From the human T2T-CHM13v2.0 reference genome, Homo sapiens, in the NCBI RefSeq assembly GCF_009914755.1, contig NC_060936.1: DNA of 64,000 nt. The stretch is one strand, 5' to 3'. The notes beneath the pieces were generated by a model that saw only the letters and a program-made list of their open reading frames with translations, was not told where the DNA came from and ran no database searches. Below, piece after piece: positions 58,736 through 64,000 of the stretch (position 1 is its first letter; every line of letters starts with the position of its first letter). A program made the translations under genes and the position numbers.

Positions 58736-59539
58736 ACAGCTAAAATTGTCATCTCTGCCTGAAATGACATCTTTTGACGTCCTGTATTTTCCTCCCCAAA
58801 ACCCATCCTAAACACTTATTATTCTAGACCCATCTTAAATTCACTTCATGGTCATAAAGCTTTCTCAGATCCCTGGCCAAAATCAGTCTTTTCCTGTGGC
58901 TTCCTTATTTTTAGTTTGTACTAGATTATCACATCTTCTCAGCATCTGTATCAGATGTGATTGTGTTTTTCACCATAATGTAGCATCATTGAGTGTAGAA
59001 GCTCTGTACAGTTTATCATTGTTATCTCCTGAGACACGTTTCTTAACACACACACACCTTTATTTGGACTAGATGATATCATCTGAATAAAAGTAACGTA
59101 CAATTCGAGAAAACATGAAGTGTATAGTTCAAAGATTCTGGATGATTATATATTTCAATACTTAATATTTAGTTAATTTTAAAATAGTGGAAATTGAGAA
59201 ATAAGAACAATTCAAAGTTGTGATTCTCTATATCTATGTAAGGTAGATGCTAAGGTATATTCTATAAAAGTATATTTATTTATATGAGAATATTGTCCCT
59301 AAAGAGTGGCAGGTAAAAAGGAAGTTTATTCGTTTTAATGGAGCAATTTATATCTATTACACCAAAATCCTTCTGTATCTACTATATTACATTTTCAGTG
59401 ACTGATTTAAATAAAGTAGCATTAATGAAGTACTTGCAATGATCCATTTACATATACCTTGAAATTAGTAGAGGAAGGAATGTAACAATGATGATTTCTT
59501 TATGTTAGCAATTCTGGGCTAGTTTACTTTATCTAAAGA

Positions 59540-59720
59540 TCTCTAAGTCTTTACAAACATTAACATCTCCTTCTTATCCAGTGAGATAAGTATCATTATC
59601 CAAGTTTTATAGTGAAGTGATGGAGGCACAAAGAGATTAAATGATTTCCTCAAGGTTACTGTCAGTTGTGACAAAGAAAAAGAAAGTTAGATTTATGAAT
59701 CTCAGTCTTAACCATCCTTG
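59540..59720 (-). mobile_element. MIR
   Basis: gtgagataagtatcattatccaagttttatag...gaggcacaaagagattaaatgatttcctcaaggttac. Confidence 0.65.
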
Positions 59721-61203
59721 GGCTCTGTGTAGTTGTCACCCAAAAAATCCAGATAAAAAATTGAGAATACAGTAAACAAATAACACATAGGTAAAAAAAC
59801 AAATATTTCAGTATTTGACATCATATTGATTAAATAGGTAGAAGCATTCAGCACAAATCTGGAAACCTAGTATATTGAAAAGGAGATGGTCCAGAGTTTT
59901 TAATTAAATGAGGATGGAAAGGATTGTTTTACCTTAGCTGCCAATCAATTTGTATACACTAAGCATATGACTGCTTTGAGAAAATTCTAAACTTATGTAT
60001 CAAAGAAAATAGCTACATCATTTGAAATTTATTAACATGGCCTATGACAATTTATATATCTAAAATAAAACACTTTATATTACAACACAACAGAAAACTT
60101 TCATTGGGTAATATATTTTCTTTGTTCTTTGTTTTAACAATCCATTCTGTCAGATTATAAAGCTTAAAATCCCTTTTCTAAGTGACCTCTATGTAAAGCA
60201 AAAATTCTATTGTGAAAGCAAAACAAAATGTATATTTTATTCTGTGAAATCAGGTAAAAGAATAATCTTTCTGCATATTATCTAAGTAATCATAAATCTG
60301 CAATATAATTAGTATTTATTTATTGAATGGCTGCTTTTAAGAAATAAAATTGGTCCCAGGCAACTACTAAAAGTTCTGGGAATTATTTTTGTTTAAATAG
60401 GATACTTCTAAATCTCAGGTAGACAATTTGCTAATGACAAAAAAAAAAAAAGGAAGTTAAATCATTTGAAGTTTCTTCACTATGAGCCAATCTTCCATTT
60501 TCACAAACAAAAGATATCCGCAGGTCCCCTGATATCTGCAATAGGAGTTCTTCCATGTCCCCAGATTGGTTGTCTTAGTATAGCACTAATATACTAAGTC
60601 ACCATGGCCCATGGATACCATATCCAATCTCTCTTATAGACTGCTGTTTTCCTTCAATTCTGTTTACCCATATCCCTTTATAATAAATAAAACATACCAT
60701 AAACTGCACATATTTAAGGTGTATGTTTTGAAAAGTTTTGTCTCATATATGCCCTTTAAAACCATTACTACTGTTAAGATGATGAAACTGTCCATCATTT
60801 TCCAATTTGACCCTTTGTACTTCTATCTTCCCACTCCTTCCTACCCTTACTCTCCCATCCCCAAGCAACAAGGGATCTGCTTTCTATCACTACAGTCTAG
60901 TTGTCATTTTGTAGACCTTTGTATAAATAAAATCATTTAGCATATTCTTTTTCCTGACTTATTGTACTCTACATAATTATTTTACTATTTACCCATGTTA
61001 TAGTGTATATAAATAGTTCATTCATTTTATTGCTTGGTAGTATTATACGGATATATCCCAATTTTTAAAAATGTAAATTTTTAATGAAGAGTGTGAACTC
61101 TTCATTGGTTTGTTTTCAATTTATGACTATTACAAATAAAGCAACTATGAACATTTGCATAAAAGTATTTCAGTGTACGTACACTTTCATTTCTCTTAGG
61201 TGA

Positions 61204-61862
<659 letters not shown>

Positions 61863-63434
61863 TCACGTTTTAATAGACTACTAAATTTTCCAAAGTGGTG
61901 GTACAAGTTTACATTTCCGTAAACTACATAGAAGAGTTCTGGTTTTTCTACATCTTTACCGCTTCTTGGTATGGTAAAATCTTTTTAATTTTAGACATTA
62001 TAATAAATATGTAGTGATAATTAGTTGGGGTTTTAATTTGTATTCTCCTAGTGACTAATGATGTTTACCATCTTTTCATGCGCTTTTTGCCATCCATATG
62101 TCTTCTTTGGTAAAATGTCTGGTCAAATATTTTCTTCATTTTTGATTTTTTAAATGAAGATTCATACTGAACAAATATAAAACATCACAACTTTAATCTG
62201 CTTGAATAGAGAGCGTGAATCAGATCTTTAAAACATGATATGCTTATACTATCTAATCAGTTTATAATCATGGAAAAAACAGATTGGTAATAGTATAAAC
62301 GAATAAATGATTTTACATTTTTATGGAAACCAGTGCATTAGCTAGTTAACTTAATCTTGTAGACAGATATACTAAGATTTCTACCTTGTTTGTTCCTTCA
62401 ATGCAGTGACCAGCAATCCTGTATACTTATTTTACTAGTAACTAACAGAAGAGCTAGCACAATTTTTTAGATAAGCAAGTAGCTTCCTTTTATGTAATTA
62501 ATAAGGTAATTGACTAAATAATTTTTAAAATTTATTTTTGAATCAACTACTATTGACAAAATATTGCTTCTGCTTTGATAAAGTGTAGAAATAAGAACAT
62601 ATTATATGGATACTGACCCAACTCATAAAAGCTAGGTTACCAAAATACTTAGGCATTAAAACTCTTTTCTACTAACTTTTTCATAATGTTTATAAAATGT
62701 CATGTTTGTGCCAATTCATGTCAAAAGTTCAGTGCATTATTTTTTGATAGACATTTTGTGTGTATTTTCTATTTCAGGGATGTGCATGTCACAAATGTCA
62801 AGGATTTTAAAATGTAGGCGAATTTCTTTCTTTGAACACATTTTAAATTCAGACTGTCTTTCTTATTGCATGATTTTTTTCTGAAAATTTCTACTAAATT
62901 GACGAAATTAAATTGATTTGTATTTATTTACAGTGTATAAATTCTACAATTTTAATAGAAATAGTAATACATAGATGCATAGCAATTAATATCTGCGTTT
63001 CAGAGTGCTAGTGTTGTGTAATTTGTACTGATCCAAAAAATATCACAACACAGGGAAAAAGCAATGTTTCATATATCAGATACCTAAACACATAATATGT
63101 ACAATTCTATATGCACAATACTAGTTTTAAGACATGTGAATAATTACATGCAGACCAAACTTCCAAGTTTGACAAGCCAAGTATGGTTTTAAAATGCAAG
63201 AATCTGAGTATGTATGTGTTTCTCTGTGTACACATGCTCATGATGGATACAAACAGACATATGGGAAAAATATTCTTACCCACTCCCTGCAACTCCTCTC
63301 TTTTTACTTTTTTCTTAAGAGATGAAACGTAGTACAGCTGAAATTCAAAATTTCCAGCAAGTTTGTTTTGTGAATCAATAATTCCTCCCATTTAAATTTT
63401 TGACTTTTTTTTTTCCATCAAATTGCTCTTGCAG

Positions 63435-63638
63435 GAGGAGAGGGCATAACTACGCAACAATCTTCAGAAAAACTTGGCATTGAATAAATCTTTATACTAT
63501 AATCCCATTGATGACCAGTGTTGATTCTGATGGTTTGGTTGAGTAAATGGGGGCCCTCTTCATCCCTTGATTAAAGGAAACATAGATTGATGACTTCCTC
63601 TCTTTGGTGGTCCTACTGAACTCTTGTTCAAACTCAAG
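63435..63638 (+). other. Candidate non-coding internal exon (204 nt)
   Basis: Branch-like TTGAC at ~63400, then an AG-free pyrimidine-rich tract ending ttgcag. Donor AAG|GTGAGG. Stops in all three frames. Confidence 0.35.
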
Positions 63639-64000
63639 GTGAGGTACAGATTTTATCTATTTTCTTAAAGCTTCCCTAGTTGCTTTAAGAATATGCTCTC
63701 TCTTAATACAAACTGCAATATTATCTTTATAATTATTACTAGTAACTACATCGTTAATCTAACTTTGCAGAAATGAAAAGTAAAAACAAAGCTTTTTCTC
63801 TTAGGGAGATGGAAAGTTCAGTCTAGTAGAAAGAAAAAAGTTCAAGAGTCTACCAGACAGAAAAAAAATCACTAAACAGCAACATAATAAGCACTGGGAG
63901 ATTTAGAACTTGAATGCAAATTTTGAGATTGGGATCAGGAAAGCTGAAACTGAAGTAGGAAACAGATAACATACCATAAAAAAACATCTTATCCAGGGCA

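Noticed and set aside
60574-60598. Hairpin cttagtata-N7-tatactaag (similarly attttactca...tgagtaaaat at 40610-40642)
   Set aside because: AT-rich arms of 9-10 bp are plausible by chance in 64 kb.

Overview
Primate (human-like; AluY, AluS and AluJ present) AT-rich genomic DNA made mostly of transposon relics. I find no recognisable protein-coding exon, RNA gene or CpG island. The informative ORFs in the track are decayed L1, Alu or ERV fragments. Main architecture: (i) a near full-length + strand L1PB-type LINE (~2383-9480) nested in an older L1M; (ii) a near full-length + strand L1MA5-like LINE (~31385-40535) that is unusually rearranged, with an AT-rich expansion, an Alu-split fold-back palindrome, two inverted duplications and an ERV1 solo LTR; (iii) a full-length - strand L1PA (PA8-PA10 age, ~43810-50190) nested in an old L1MC, which also carries a MER1B and Alus; (iv) an internally deleted ERVL provirus with recognisable gag and RT remnants (~56300-58735); (v) 11 Alus, THE1/MLT1 LTRs, L2, MIR and HAL1. 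The best leads are the self-templated inversions inside the L1MA, a mosaic local duplication at 23.0/24.1 kb, and + strand splice signals that could define a non-coding transcript. I see no convincing evidence of a new biological system. Subfamily names come from recalled consensus similarity, not a database run, and boundaries without TSDs are approximate.
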